The translations under genes and the position numbers were made by a program. This document shows, piece by piece, positions 26,345-38,601 of a stretch of DNA of 64,000 nt. Where the stretch lies: positions 15,010,816-15,074,815 of the forward strand of contig OZ316895.1 of assembly GCA_973895155.1 (NCBI GenBank). Reading direction: 5' to 3'. A model generated the notes under the pieces. It was not told the origin of the DNA. It ran no database searches and saw only the letters and a list, made by a program, of their open reading frames with translations. Source of the stretch: Marsupella aquatica. Lineage: Eukaryota > Plantae > Marchantiophyta. How positions within the stretch are numbered: the first letter of the stretch is position 1; each line of letters starts with the position of its first letter.

Positions 26345-29300
26345 ATGAAGATGTCGATAGAGGTCAAACCTGGACAGATGGGGTTATTAGAGGCGGGTCA
26401 CGAGGAAGACCAGAAAGTGGCGGTCCCCGCCGTCGCTGAGAAGGGTGTCGAAGCAGCAGAACAGCCACAACAGCAACGCGGGGCCAAGAGAACTCGCCGT
26501 GATAGAGGCTCGACTGCCAAGGAGAGGGTCAGTAAGATGCCTCCGTGCGCTGCCGGAAAGCGAAGTTCCATCTATCGAGGCGTCACAAGGTTCGTTTCGA
26601 AAGCTGATCTCTAGGTAGACGCGCAATTTGAGCGAAGTTAAGGATTGGTTTAATTTCAATCGATCAGATTGCCTGCTTTCTACAGTGCCTGCTGTCAAGG
26701 AAGCAAGTCCGTATTTGCTTTGATCAAAGGCGTGAAAGAGAATGCTCTAAACATATATATAGCCCAGACTGCCATTCTCATGACCTAACGATAGGACTCT
26801 ACTCACATCTGCTCTGCAAATACGAAGATTCTTCAGCATCCCTCTTGAAAATGGTTCCAATCATTTAACTCAACAGGTCTTATCGACAACGTTGAGAGTA
26901 CTTTTGATGGTCTCGTTGGTAGTCAAGCTAAGCTGTCAACACATGTAATTGTCAGTGCAAGGACAGTTTTCTAAACACAGCAATTAATCGACTAAACGTC
27001 CGCTTGCATGGTGATCGACACTAAATCGTAAAAGTTTTGGGTATATGGTGGACCTGTAGGCACAGGTGGACAGGTCGTTATGAAGCTCATCTGTGGGACA
27101 AGAGCACATGGAATACATCTCAGAACAAGAAGGGAAAGCAAGGTAAAGCCTCGATCTCGATGTGCCTGTATCCGTTCAGCTTTTAAATTTTGAGATTAGT
27201 CGGGAATGGAAGGCTCCGACCAGATATCCATGGGTTTGCTGCTTGCGGAGTACGCGCGAGGTCTGCGGACGATAGCTGTAGGTAGAACTCTGCTAGTTGG
27301 TGTGTCAGACTGCTCCTCTCAGAGATTAGTGTACCACAAGTTCCGTGTGTGTTACAAATGAATGCTAGTGGCGCGCGGACGATTTAGGGAGACTTGCATA
27401 ATGCTGTCCGTGACCTTGAGTAACTTTCTAACGCTTGAGCTTTCGTTGTTGAACATGATGTATGTGACCTTTCTATCTACTCGGCTTGGTTTTCTGTGAT
27501 ACAGTTTATCTTGGTAAGTCATCTCGCTTCAATTCAACCTACGTAGATTTCTTGTATTACTTGTTCTCGTTGGCCAAGGAATCATTGTTGCGTTTAATTT
27601 AATGAAAAGGTTCATTGAATGTGGGAAATGTCGAGATTAATACTAACAACACCTGACGGTCTGCTCAAGTATTATTAGGGCTCACTCTTATTTTTTGAAG
27701 ATCTAGTGAAATTAAATGTCTGGTTACCGTCGACTTTAGGTGCCTACGATGAGGAGGAAGCAGCAGCACGTGCCTATGACCTGGCCGCACTGAAGTACTG
27801 GGGTCCAGGGACGCTAATCAATTTTCCCTTGCCTGACTATGCTCGGGACACTGAAGAGATGCAAAATGTCACGAGGGAGGAGTACTTGGCATCCTTGAGA
27901 AGGTATGTACATTAATAATTACTCCATGGTTCAGAAGCCATAACACTTCACTGGTCGGAGGTTACTGTAAAGAAAGTGAAGTTGATTTTGACCATGATAG
28001 TGATAAATCCTTGCTGGGATATATTGAGGGAATTTCGATTCGAATATATTCAATCTGAGCCTGACCTTCAAAACTTATCGTGAACTTGTATCGTAGGTTT
28101 TGACTTGAACTGTTTGTCTGATGGTGTCCAGAAAGAGCAGTGGGTTTTCGAGAGGAGTGTCCAAATACCGTGGAGTGGCGAGGCATCATCATAATGGTCG
28201 TTGGGAGGCGCGCATTGGACGGGTCTTCGGAAACAAATACCTTTACCTGGGAACATACAGTAAGCCCTTTAATTATTTTGGATTAGTCTCAACTAAGTCT
28301 GCCAGGTAAATTCAACCGTCAAGGAAAATCTAGAACCGTGATTATTAATAGGGAACGATCCATTATTCTAAGTCCTTAAATTTTAAATGCGTAAGAGTTC
28401 TGAATCTTCAGAGTTAGAACAGCTTGTTATTAATGATCGATACTGGCCTTCCGGTATCTAGCCTTCACCAAGAATTGAAATGCACTAGGCCCCGGAGAAT
28501 AGAATATAATATCAGTTCAGTACTTTTATGATAAGACGCTTCAAATTAATCAATGAGAGATTGATCGATTACAGGCACTCAAGAGGAGGCGGCAGCAGCC
28601 TATGACATGGCCGCGATTGAGTACAGAGGCCTCAATGCTGTGACCAACTTCGATCTCAGCCGTTACATCAGATGGCTGCGTCCTGGCCAGAGTGACTCTC
28701 TCCTTCCGGAGACAGACGCAAGTCTCTCTCCTAATGCACCGACAGCAGGAGGAGATGACTCTCAACTCACTGGGCTGACGGAGGACCATCCACACGGAGG
28801 ATCCCAGCAAGAAGACCAGCAACAACACTCGAATGTGTGGGGAATTAAATCCACCGGTGGCGAGCCTTATCAAAGCCTGCCATCCCTAGGTCTTGGACCA
28901 GCAAGCACTCAACAACGTTCTGCCTCGTCTCCTACAGCCCTCAGCCTACTCCTCCAGTCCTCAATGTTCAAGCAGATGCTAGAGCGTGCATCTGCAACGA
29001 CTGTCGCGTCCTCTACGGAATGTGACATTGAATCTTCTATTTCTAGCAGTTATCCAAGTTCTGAGATTTCTCTGGGAATTGATCATCAACAACAGCAGCA
29101 AGAAATACACCACAACCAGCTTCACAGTCAAGATAACAATGGATATTACTCTTCATGGGGGAAACAAACCAGCCACCAACAAAATCATATGCAAGCACCT
29201 CCTCTCGATATGCAGGATGCGATTGACAATGAGGGATCAGTCCATCGTGGCCATGAGAACGCTTCGATACATCACCGTTATCGTCAGCAATTGCTTTCCA

Positions 29301-29599
29301 TGGCTTCCAGCCAGCACGTCCACAGCGTCGTAGGCCACGAGTTCGCAGATTTCCAAGATCAGACTCAGCAGAAAAACCACCAGAACTACAATGCTGAGCT
29401 TCACCACCGACAGCAGCAACAGGCGCAGCATCAGCAGGATCAACTTGCAGCTGCTTATGGCCGTGGCTACGCCCACGGCCCGGTCGCGTCCAATTTGTAT
29501 AGCGACCAGGATTCAGCTGGTGGAAGTACGATAGACGACAGCACCTGGGCTTTCCCAAATCTGTTACCTCTGTCCAGTGGTACGATCACCGCCTGTTAG
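26345..29599 (+). CDS. SMOS1: AP2-subfamily transcription factor with two AP2 domains, SMOS1/At2g41710 (WRI2)-like, basal-ANT/WRINKLED group (550 aa, 6 coding exons)
   Basis: Exons 26345-26589, 27060-27142, 27505-27513 (9-nt micro-exon), 27740-27902, 28132-28259, 28575-29599 splice in phase (1653 nt). [41 protein letters not shown] and [12 protein letters not shown] are typical of the At2g41710/SMOS1 clade. Second AP2 repeat [20 protein letters not shown]...NAVTNFD is intact; Q/H/S-rich C-terminus. The symbol is a clade call, not a tested orthology. Alternative start at ATG 26351. Confidence 0.92.
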
Positions 29600-31619
29600 T
29601 CTGACACTGTGTCCAACCATTGATGTCCAGAGGGTTTCTGGACAACAAATGAGGGCTCGATCCAGTACTCAGTCTGATCAATATTCTAATCTCTCACCTG
29701 GGACGGGCTCTGTTCGATTTGGATACCCATTCTACATCTTTGTATGAGAGATCAAACCGCTACAGCATTCCCATGTACGGACGGTATATATGATCAATAT
29801 CGTTTTACTTCCCATGGCTAAGTTCTCTGATCTGAGAATGAACGACCAGGGCAAGCATGGAAGCCAGCTCAAAGTTGATCAGATTGCCCGCCTCTGACTC
29901 ACTTTTCGACAGAACGCACGCATTTAATTGGTAACAGACGTCCACTGTTCAAACGTACTCTTTCGGACGGGCTTTCGGAGACGCGCATTGCAACCACTAG
30001 AACAAACAGTGCCCAGCAAGCAGTAAGCATTCTTCTCGTCGAAAGGAGCCCACTAACGAATTAATAGCCTCGAGGAGTGAACGACGACGACAGAGGGCCA
30101 ACGGGACCTGAGCTATTAGAGAATTTCATTATTAGTCAGATTACAATTGCAATTAGGAGACGTACCATCAACAAAACTTTAAAACGTTTCACTGAGATGA
30201 TCTTTCAGTTTAATTCCATGCATGTATGTACGTGATGGATAGATCAGGATTCGTTGAATGGGCCAGACAATCTTGCATTTGCAACAACACTTGCGGGGCA
30301 ACCAACCCTTCTTTACTATCAAATAAATGGTTTCACCTGTTGAAACCACTAGACCACACATTCTTTTGGATAGCGTATCGTCTGACATTGCAGATTTCTC
30401 GCTGAGATTCCGTCATGTTTTGTACATAAGTAAGTCTTGTAGTAATGACCAAATGCCGAACTAATATTGCGTACTGGACATGACTAGAATTCTGGGAATT
30501 GGTAGCTAGCAGCTTTATCACTCAGGCAATATATAACTCGGGCAAAATAACAGTGCAAGTTCTTGTCCGTCCAGTATTGGTGTGTTAATGGAAACGACTC
30601 ACTGCTTCAGGTAAATCGATCGAACTGGATGTTTCTGCAGGCCGGCAGTTCATTAGCCTGTCTCCGACCAATACGTCATGTCATTTTCAGAAGAAGTTTA
30701 TCGACCAAACGGATTGTGCATGCCATGCTGGAAGGCTGAAATGGTAATCAGGGACGTCTGCTGTAATTCAACTATTATCTGCTGTGGATCTAGTGTCGAT
30801 CAGTGAAGTCCACCTATACTTCGGGGAGCATTCCATGTTCTTCTCCATACAATTTCTAGTATTCGGTACGTCTCGGCAGATTACCTCCACGTTGTGGAAT
30901 CAGCGACTTGACGTTAATCTGACTAGCTTAATCGACGACCTTTTCGAGGACTATAATTTTGCTTCTCGGCGGCTTGCTTTGGTTTTCTCGCTTGCCAGTT
31001 TCCCCAGCTGCAATTTTGTGCACAATCGCTTGTCGAGCCGATTAAACTGTACCCAACTTGGATTGGCTTTGTTGCCTCCGCCAGACAGTAGAAGTTGCTT
31101 CTCGTTTAGTAAGTTGGTACGATAACGATAATACATTCAACTGAATGAACTCATCACGTCCTTATATTTCTAATTTATTATTCTTTTTACTCTAGACTAT
31201 GAGGTTACTAATTTTGTCTTGGCAATAAGACATGCAACTCAACATTACTTTAGTGTATTTTGTTGGACTTCAATGAAAAGTAATGCATTCCTTTTACTAT
31301 TATTAAAGACAACATTGTATTTGTTAAGACTTAGACTGTACACACGTGTCTTACTCTATTTCTAAAAACATATTATTGATTGTTTTTAGATGAGGCCTTC
31401 ATGTGGAACTAGCCCTATCAATGCTTGTTGCACAACAAAAGTTGAGGTGAAAAAAAATATTGAAGTGAGTAAAAGATGTCTAGCCTGTGCAAAAAGACAT
31501 TGATGAGAGAAAGATTGTTGAGGTGAAGAAAAGATCGAGGTCGAGGCGAGAAATAGGTGTCAAGGAGTGAAAGGATGTCAACTGAGGGTGAGGGAAAGAT
31601 GTTGCGATTAGATAAAGAT

Positions 31620-31908
31620 CTTGGGGGTCTCATTATATGGATGCCTCCCCATCCCCTGCAACGTTTTTAGGACTCGGACCCCCTAAAATGTAAGAAACAA
31701 AATTTATTGAAATTCAACCCATATAAAGTTAGAATATTCTTGGAATATTCTAAAAATTTAGAAAGACTCTAATGTTCTTATAAGTCTCATATTAATTAAA
31801 TTTATTGTTCTTCCACAAAAATTCTTAAGTCTTCCCTTTAAACCAATAAAATGACCCTATCCTTCGTCGCACGTGATGTGCCAGTTTTGTGGAAGTGAAA
31901 CCCCCGAG
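31620..31908. mobile_element. MITE with 8-bp TSD (hAT-like), 289 bp, family copy 2 (shorter internally than copy 1)
   Basis: Termini CTTGGGGGTCTCATT...AGTGAAACCCCCGAG. Perfect TSD ATAAAGAT at 31612-31619 and 31909-31916. Both subterminal regions match 22730-23351. Confidence 0.9.
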
Positions 31909-33517
31909 ATAAAGATATCAAAGTGAAAAAAAATGCCGAGGTGAGTAAAAGATGTCAAGCCAGGTGAAAAGAGATGTCAAGGAGAGAGAACCAACGCCAA
32001 GAGTGAGAAAAAATGTCAAGGTAAGATGAATATGTCAATATATGTGAAAAAAGTTGGTGAGATGAGAAAAAATATGTCAAGACAAAGTAAAGTTATTGTG
32101 GTATTCAATAACCAATGGTACATAAAAATTAGAGATGTAAGATAAGGTACACTATATAATAGAGTAATAGGGAAAATATTTTTATTTTAAAATTTTTAAT
32201 AAAATAAATATTTAGGTTTTATTTAAGTTTTTCAAAATTCTAAAGCTAATGTCTAATTCTCTATTTTTTAATTTTAATTATTAATTCTTAAAGTAATTTT
32301 CATGTTGGTCAGATATGGACAGGGATGTGGGCAGCTCAGGCCAAGCCATTGAGATAAAACGAGGTATGGATGCATCTGATAGCCAGGAAAATAAATTTTT
32401 CTTGAAGGGTTAAGATTGATTGTTAAGATTGATTCTCGCTTTTTCTTGAGTTTATAAACTATGGAATGACTATTTCTACCCAGATATTATAGTGTGAGAT
32501 ATTATAGTGTGAGATAGAAGATGTGATAAATTAGTAGGGTGAATTTTGTATTCCTGGGATCAACCGAGATGCATGCTAGAACATTTCATTTTGCTGAAAA
32601 TTTAAAAAAAAATTAAACTTGCGCCGGGACCCCCAAATGACAAGATAGAAAATTATACTGACATAGTAATAAAATTTACCACATGTGACTGGGGTCAGGT
32701 GTCTAAGAGGAGTCTACAAATGATGAATTAATTACTCCATTTCACCGGGGTTTTCACAAAAGCAAAAAGAGGTTGAAAGGACAAAATGAGGAGAAGACAA
32801 TGTGCAGAAATAGGGAATTCAAGCCATGCATTAGTTCATACTGAGTGGTTATAATGAAGGATCCTCATCAGCAAGTAAGAAAATACCGTAAGGTAAATCT
32901 CTCTCTCATACATAGTCTGGTTTCTCGAGGTAAATCTCTCTCATACAAAGTCTGGTTTTTCAAGGTTGCTATATGGTGGGACACTCTTTGGCTATTTTGT
33001 CTCATTCAATTTGATTGAAATGTATTTTTATGTTAATCTGGCCTAGTCCATGTTTTAGCCATGTACAATTTAGAGTTTAGTCATTTTTGGCAGCCCCTTT
33101 AGTTTTTTTTATTTCCTTAGTTTTGATCAGGTCCCCTATATTTTTTTATCATTTTGTGGGCCAAATTTCCTTACTTGCATAAGAAGGTTTGACCCTTCAA
33201 CCAAGCAACAAGTATACTGTTCATTGATGAGTGCACCTTATATGCCATTAGTTATAAAATTTATATTGTTCATGGTTTATTGATGAACAGGTACAGTGTC
33301 ACCGAAATAGAGAGCCCCAAATAGAACAGAAAATTTAAAAAGAACAAAATTCACACTCTTCCCTAGCTTTTAAAAAGGTGTGCAGTTTTTCATTAATTTT
33401 CTTATAATCATTCTTTCAATACTTGTCTTTCAGACATAAACTAATAACATTAAAATGTATCCTCACATAACTCTTTATGATGATTGTTTCAATTCTTTTA
33501 GATAAATCAATGAAAAT

Positions 33518-33550
33518 AGGCATGTAGTAGGATGAACATGCTATATCTGG
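33518..33550 (+). mobile_element. Helitron-like 3' terminus (hairpin + CTRR|T)
   Basis: GCATGT...ACATGC-tatat-CTGG followed by T. Matches the reverse complement of 21741-21771 at about 27 of 31 positions. Confidence 0.45.
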
Positions 33551-33559
33551 TTATTAGCA

Positions 33560-33819
33560 ATAGATAAACAACTAAACATCGCAATTTGGAATGTATCTGG
33601 CATTTGTGACCCAAACCATAAATATATAATACGGAAGTGGATTCATGATCTGAAATACACAATGCACGTCCTCACCCTCCTTGAAATTAAAGCAAATGAC
33701 TTCAGTCTGATATCTGCTCTAAAACTATAATTGCTCACCTAGTAATAGGAAAGGGTGGAGCAACTATGTTAATTCACCCCTCTATTTGGATAAAACCATC
33801 AGGTATTTCACCCATCTAA
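33560..33819 (+). pseudogene. L1-type LINE APE endonuclease N-terminal fragment (degraded)
   Basis: Hand translation gives DKQLNIAIWNVSGICDPNHKYIIRKWI...HVLTLLEIKANDF, then after a frameshift IGKGGATMLIHPS. These fit the APE motifs WNVxG, LxE.K and GG.A.L. Confidence 0.7.
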
Positions 33820-33899
33820 TCAACATCTTACATATTCTTTCATGATTACCTAGTCTGAGTTTGTTTTCTTGATGCCGATACCATAAGAAATATTTCACA

Positions 33900-36800
33900 T
33901 CATTCTATAAAATGATAAAAGATAGTCATGGTAATTACTGGGTAATTATACACCTTAGTAGTTTTTTATATTCTCATGAATAGAGTGAACCATGGTTCGC
34001 AGTTGCTATGTTTTTGTAAGAGGTCGATCAAAGTATATGAAGAGTCTAGGGTTTTGGGTCAATCACGTACATAGTACTTATTGAACTCAATGGTAACAAC
34101 TTGCCAACTATAAGCTGTGAGGCCAACTCAACTCTGACAATTAGACAAGATTGAGGACACAAAGTTTGTTCCAAAAACTAAGACAAAAGTGTATGCCCTT
34201 GGGTATATTGATTCAAAGAAAAAATAACAACTATGTATCTTAGGAACAGAGGTTAACCTTGATTTTGATTGAATGTCCACATAAAAAATGGTGACACCTA
34301 CACATTGGGTGATTGTCGGTGAAACTGTTGGTTTGTGCATATCAAATAAAGTGGTTGCAAAGGGTATCATTCAAAGTGTGGATCCATCTCGGATTTGCCA
34401 TAATGTTCCTCTTGGGCCCCTTCAAGTTCTTGTTACTTTGGAAGAAGTATTTGATGCGGAAATTCAATGGGGTCATGGTGAAAGCTTGGCTGATATGATA
34501 GGATCCTTTTTAGTCTGGAAAAAAGGTCAACTTCAACAACTTGAAATGGGTACTAGTGAAGACCTACCTGATACCCCATGCAAGAATGGAGCTTCAATGG
34601 TCAATGGAAGTGAAACTAGCCAACCGGAGACCTCAAACGAGAACGAAGTTCAAGGAAACCTACCGGAGCGGTCAAACAAGAATGGAGTTGAATCTAGTGG
34701 AAATCCTCTTCGAATTTCATCCACAAGTTTATGGATGGGAATGGTTGTGAAAGTACTTGATGAAACACATTTTGCCTTTGCCATTGCAAGAGTAATGGCT
34801 GTTAATCCAGAAGTGACATGATTGGGAGATATTACTCTTCAAAATACACATGTAGGAATCTTGATTGATGAATATATTCAAGGTGCAACTGAGGACCACC
34901 TGAAACATAGAGATTGTTTGAGGGCATGGCCGTTGGATAGGCTTGTCACAAGTAACGGAAGGCTATTAGCCTCATTTTTTGTAGATGCAGAGGAGGATGA
35001 TCTAGACGCTACAAGTTGAAAGAGATCATATGTACCAATAACCAGAAAAAGAAAACAACCTTCTATTTCTTTGTCAAAGAAAGACAAGTCCCTTTCCGAA
35101 GAAGATGGGGGGAAATCAAAAGACAGAAATGTTGTCTTCGACGGTGCTGCCATCTTCTAGACCCTCATGTGGCAAAGGAGATTAGGGAGAAATATTGGGA
35201 AAAATCATTTGAGATGCGAAGGGAGTATGAGATCAATGCTATTGTCAATATATTGGAACTATTAAATACTGAAAAACTGATCATCATCGAAGGGAAAGCA
35301 ATATGCTTGGAAGCATGGAGGATTTTGCACTCCAAAGGGCGAAGTCAATTCTACGAGCTCAGAAAGGCTGTGGGTAATGGGGTGAGGATAGCTTATCATG
35401 GAAACCAGGGAAAGAGACGGATGACTGAACGAGTTTCTCAAGCCTACATGTCATTGCATGGGTTGATTGATGAGTGCGCAGATCTTCATCCGGCAAAAAT
35501 GAGGACGGTTGCAGACAAATCTCGACAAGTTCTGAAGGAGCTCCCTACAAGTTATACTTGGGAAAGTATTAGAAACAAGCTCAATGCTACAAATTTAGAA
35601 CTTGGTCTTCAACCAATCTCCCAATCCACATTGAGTATTTTACATCAAAAGTATTTCAAGGAAGTGACAATTCATAAGAAAGGCAATAACTTTTCCAAGT
35701 GTACAACTTGTAGTGAGTTGATGCAACGGAAAGCAAATCTGATGGGTGTGAAAGAAGAGATTGAGATTTTAAAGAGGGATGAAATTGCTCATCATCGTGA
35801 TCATACCGAGGGCAGATTATTATATCACTCTTGGAGACGCCAGTCAGCGGATAATCCAAAACAGGTTTTATGCATAATTCATGATAAAATGGATCATTGT
35901 AAGACTGCATTACCAAGGATGCCTTTTTGTCCAAAAGAAGTGGATGGTGCGATTAAACTTCCGATTACCTTGACTGGTATTTTGACTCATGGCCATAGTC
36001 CAAAGGCTATTGCTCAATATAATGTTGGAGTGTGGGCACCTGATGCCAATGCCACAATTGGTTCACTTGACACAATACTTCGAATGCTGGAAAATCCAGA
36101 ACCAATGATCAAATCTTTAGTGGAAGGGCCAGATTCTACAAAGCTATTTGAAAACTTGCTTGAAGGGAGAGGACCTATATTGGAGGGAAAACTTCGTGAA
36201 GCATTTAAGGATGACATATCAGATCTAGGTAATTATTTCACCATAATGATACAAGAAATTTTGTTGCTTTTGTGCCATATTCAGTATCAAACATGTTTCC
36301 ATTGTAAGTGATGTAACCTTTCATGGTGGCAACCAGGGTTCATTGTTAGTTGTTGTAAAGATTGTTAAATTGTTTGCTCATGTGAGAGTCATTTGCTTAG
36401 GTTAGTAATTTTCTTGATTGTTTTTTATGTGTCTGAGAAGTGCAAACCATGGTTCGTTCACCTTTTAGTTTATTTCAAAATATGAAACATGCATTGTTAA
36501 TTGTTAGTTTATTTGAGAGCACAAACCATGGTTCATTGTTAGCTTATTTGATAGTGCGACCTATGCATGGTTGTCGTTAGTTCATGCAAAAATGAGAATC
36601 ATGGCTTGAACCTTTAGTTTATTTCAAACTATAAACAATAATTTAAATATAGTTCATTCAAGTTTATGTTCATAAATTGTCGACCATGATTGTACATTCT
36701 TGGTAAGTTGTTTTATATGAGATAATATTTAGGCTCTAAATTAATTATTGACCCTAATATATGTGTTTCTTAAATTTGTGCAGCAAATTCACAATCATTG

Positions 36801-38569
36801 GATGCGTCTACTATGTTCAAGCCTCTGCCAAGAGTTTTGAAGTTACAACTTGACAATTGTGCAGGAGATAACAAAAACAGATATGTGTTGGGTTATTTGT
36901 CACTACTAACAGCACGAGATGTTTTTGAAGAGATTCATTTGGGATTTCTCATGGTTGGACATACTCATGAGGACGTTGATGCCATCTTTCGCCATTTCTT
37001 TGAAAGTTTGATGCGAAACCCAACCTATTCTTTGGCAGATCTAATGTCATTGTTAATGGGGGCAAGGACTCCAAATCCAGTGCCCCATTTTGTGCAAGAG
37101 GTACCTGATTTTAAATCATACTTGGAACCTTACTTGCTTAAAGGAGGGGACTCATTGGTGGGGCATTTGCAACCGCGGCTATTTCGATTGTATGTGCGTG
37201 ATGATGGTATGCCATGCCTTCAATACAAAATGAAATGCCAAGATGATGATTGGCTCCCAAGAGAAGGTATTGAGATGTGGTCATGGACAGATAATAATAG
37301 TCCAAAACTTCCCATAGGAGAACCAAAGAGATTACCAATGATAGAGATGGCCATGTTAGAGGAGGTGCGACAAGGACTACACAAGCAAGTGAAATTTTTT
37401 AATTTTGTTTGCAATCGAACTGCATCGGAAGAAGGAAAGGGTAGATGGGTGGCACTGATACAATACTGGAATCAAATTATCCATACGTTGGAGACAGAGG
37501 CAGTGCAATATAGATCTGGAGAGGAACACTTGGTTCATGGATTTTGGCCCATGTCAAAGTGGAGAGATGGTGTTCCTTTGCAATACCGCAATGTGGCATG
37601 TGAGTTGGATGCAAAGATTGGGTACGTGGGGCCAAGGAAAAACAAACCTCGTGAAACTTTTAACCCAAGGGCTGATATTGTGAAAGGTAATTATATATTG
37701 GTTCGACCAGACACAGCTGACCTAGACATTTACCCAGTCTATTTGGGCAAAGTGATTAGTGATGTGGAAGAAGGAGAATTGAATGTCAACAATCAACTTG
37801 AACATGTGTGTATTGTGGAGTGGCATAGACCTTACATGCTACAAAAACGTGGTCAACCAGAATATGAACCACGACAGCGGTGGTTAGATTGCTGGAATCA
37901 ACAATGGGAACGCGATCCGGGGTATTCCACTGAGACGATAAGTGTGAACACTGTACTATGGTGTTTCAAGGCACGGACCACAGCCAAAAGTGGTTTAGTT
38001 AGAATAGCAAAAAGTCATGCAATGAAAGCAAAAGACAATTTGAATAGATGCTTAGAGGATGAGGCAACATCAACTTCATGATACTTAGATAGTGTAGTTT
38101 ACTTAAATGATAAGTGATTGTAAATCATCAATGTTATTTGGTTTATTTGACAGATTGAAAAGACCAGAGTGGTTCTTTAATAAAAGTATTGTCTTCATTG
38201 ATCACAAGAAAGGAACCTGAGCATTGAATGGTTTCCATATGTGGATGTTTATTTATGATGGACCATGGATTATGCATTTCACTCTTACTAGTAAATTTAT
38301 GCACATTAAATAATGTGATTGTACACTCCTTGTAACAGTTCATTCATTATTGGACCATGGATTGCACATCTTTCATTGTAATTGTGCACATGATAATAAT
38401 CCAAGTTATGACATTCTATACCAAAATTATATTTTTTTGGTACATGTGAGTGTTAGCTTAGTAATTTAATTGATTTATTTTGATTAAATATAATTTAATT
38501 AAAATTTCAATCATTCCAAAATTGCACTAATTGTCCAGTTTTATCTAAATAGGGGTTATGGTACGCATG
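33900..38569 (+). mobile_element. Large decayed DNA transposon A (transposase-bearing; left end unresolved)
   Basis: Contains the Sola-type transposase, AACCATGGTT palindromes (33988, 36445, 36524), and an AT-rich tract ending in tccagttttatctaaataggggtt that is shared with element B. Confidence 0.6.
34288..38081 (+). pseudogene. Sola-superfamily (Sola1/DUF7869-like) DDD transposase, intron-containing, disrupted near the 5' end
   Basis: Exons 34288-36228 and 36784-38081 join in phase (GT-AG, 555-nt intron). Catalytic-type motifs CIIHDKMD, LQLDNCAGDNKN and FLMVGHTHEDVD; Cys/His motifs CCLRRCC and FSKCTTC..H..H. Two N-terminal repeats resemble the Tnp1/En-Spm-like domain (VAKGIIQSVDP..HNVPLG). 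In-frame TGA stops at 34819 and 35017 and a frameshift near the G-run at ~35107. Confidence 0.8.
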
Positions 38570-38601
38570 GTTTTATCTAAATAGGGGTTATGGTACGCAT
38601 G
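38538..38601. repeat. Exact 32-bp tandem duplication at the element A / LINE junction
   Basis: gttttatctaaataggggttatggtacgcatg at 38538-38569 and 38570-38601. Confidence 0.95.

Noticed and set aside
28986-29558. Alternative-frame and antisense ORFs over the AP2 last exon
   Set aside because: Shadows of the Q/H/S-rich coding frame.
33777-33797. cccctctatttggataaaac resembles an inverted copy (left TIR) of the element A right terminus
   Set aside because: It lies inside the LINE endonuclease fragment, where it encodes HPSIWIKP in frame, and no TSD pairs with the right end. Most likely coincidence.
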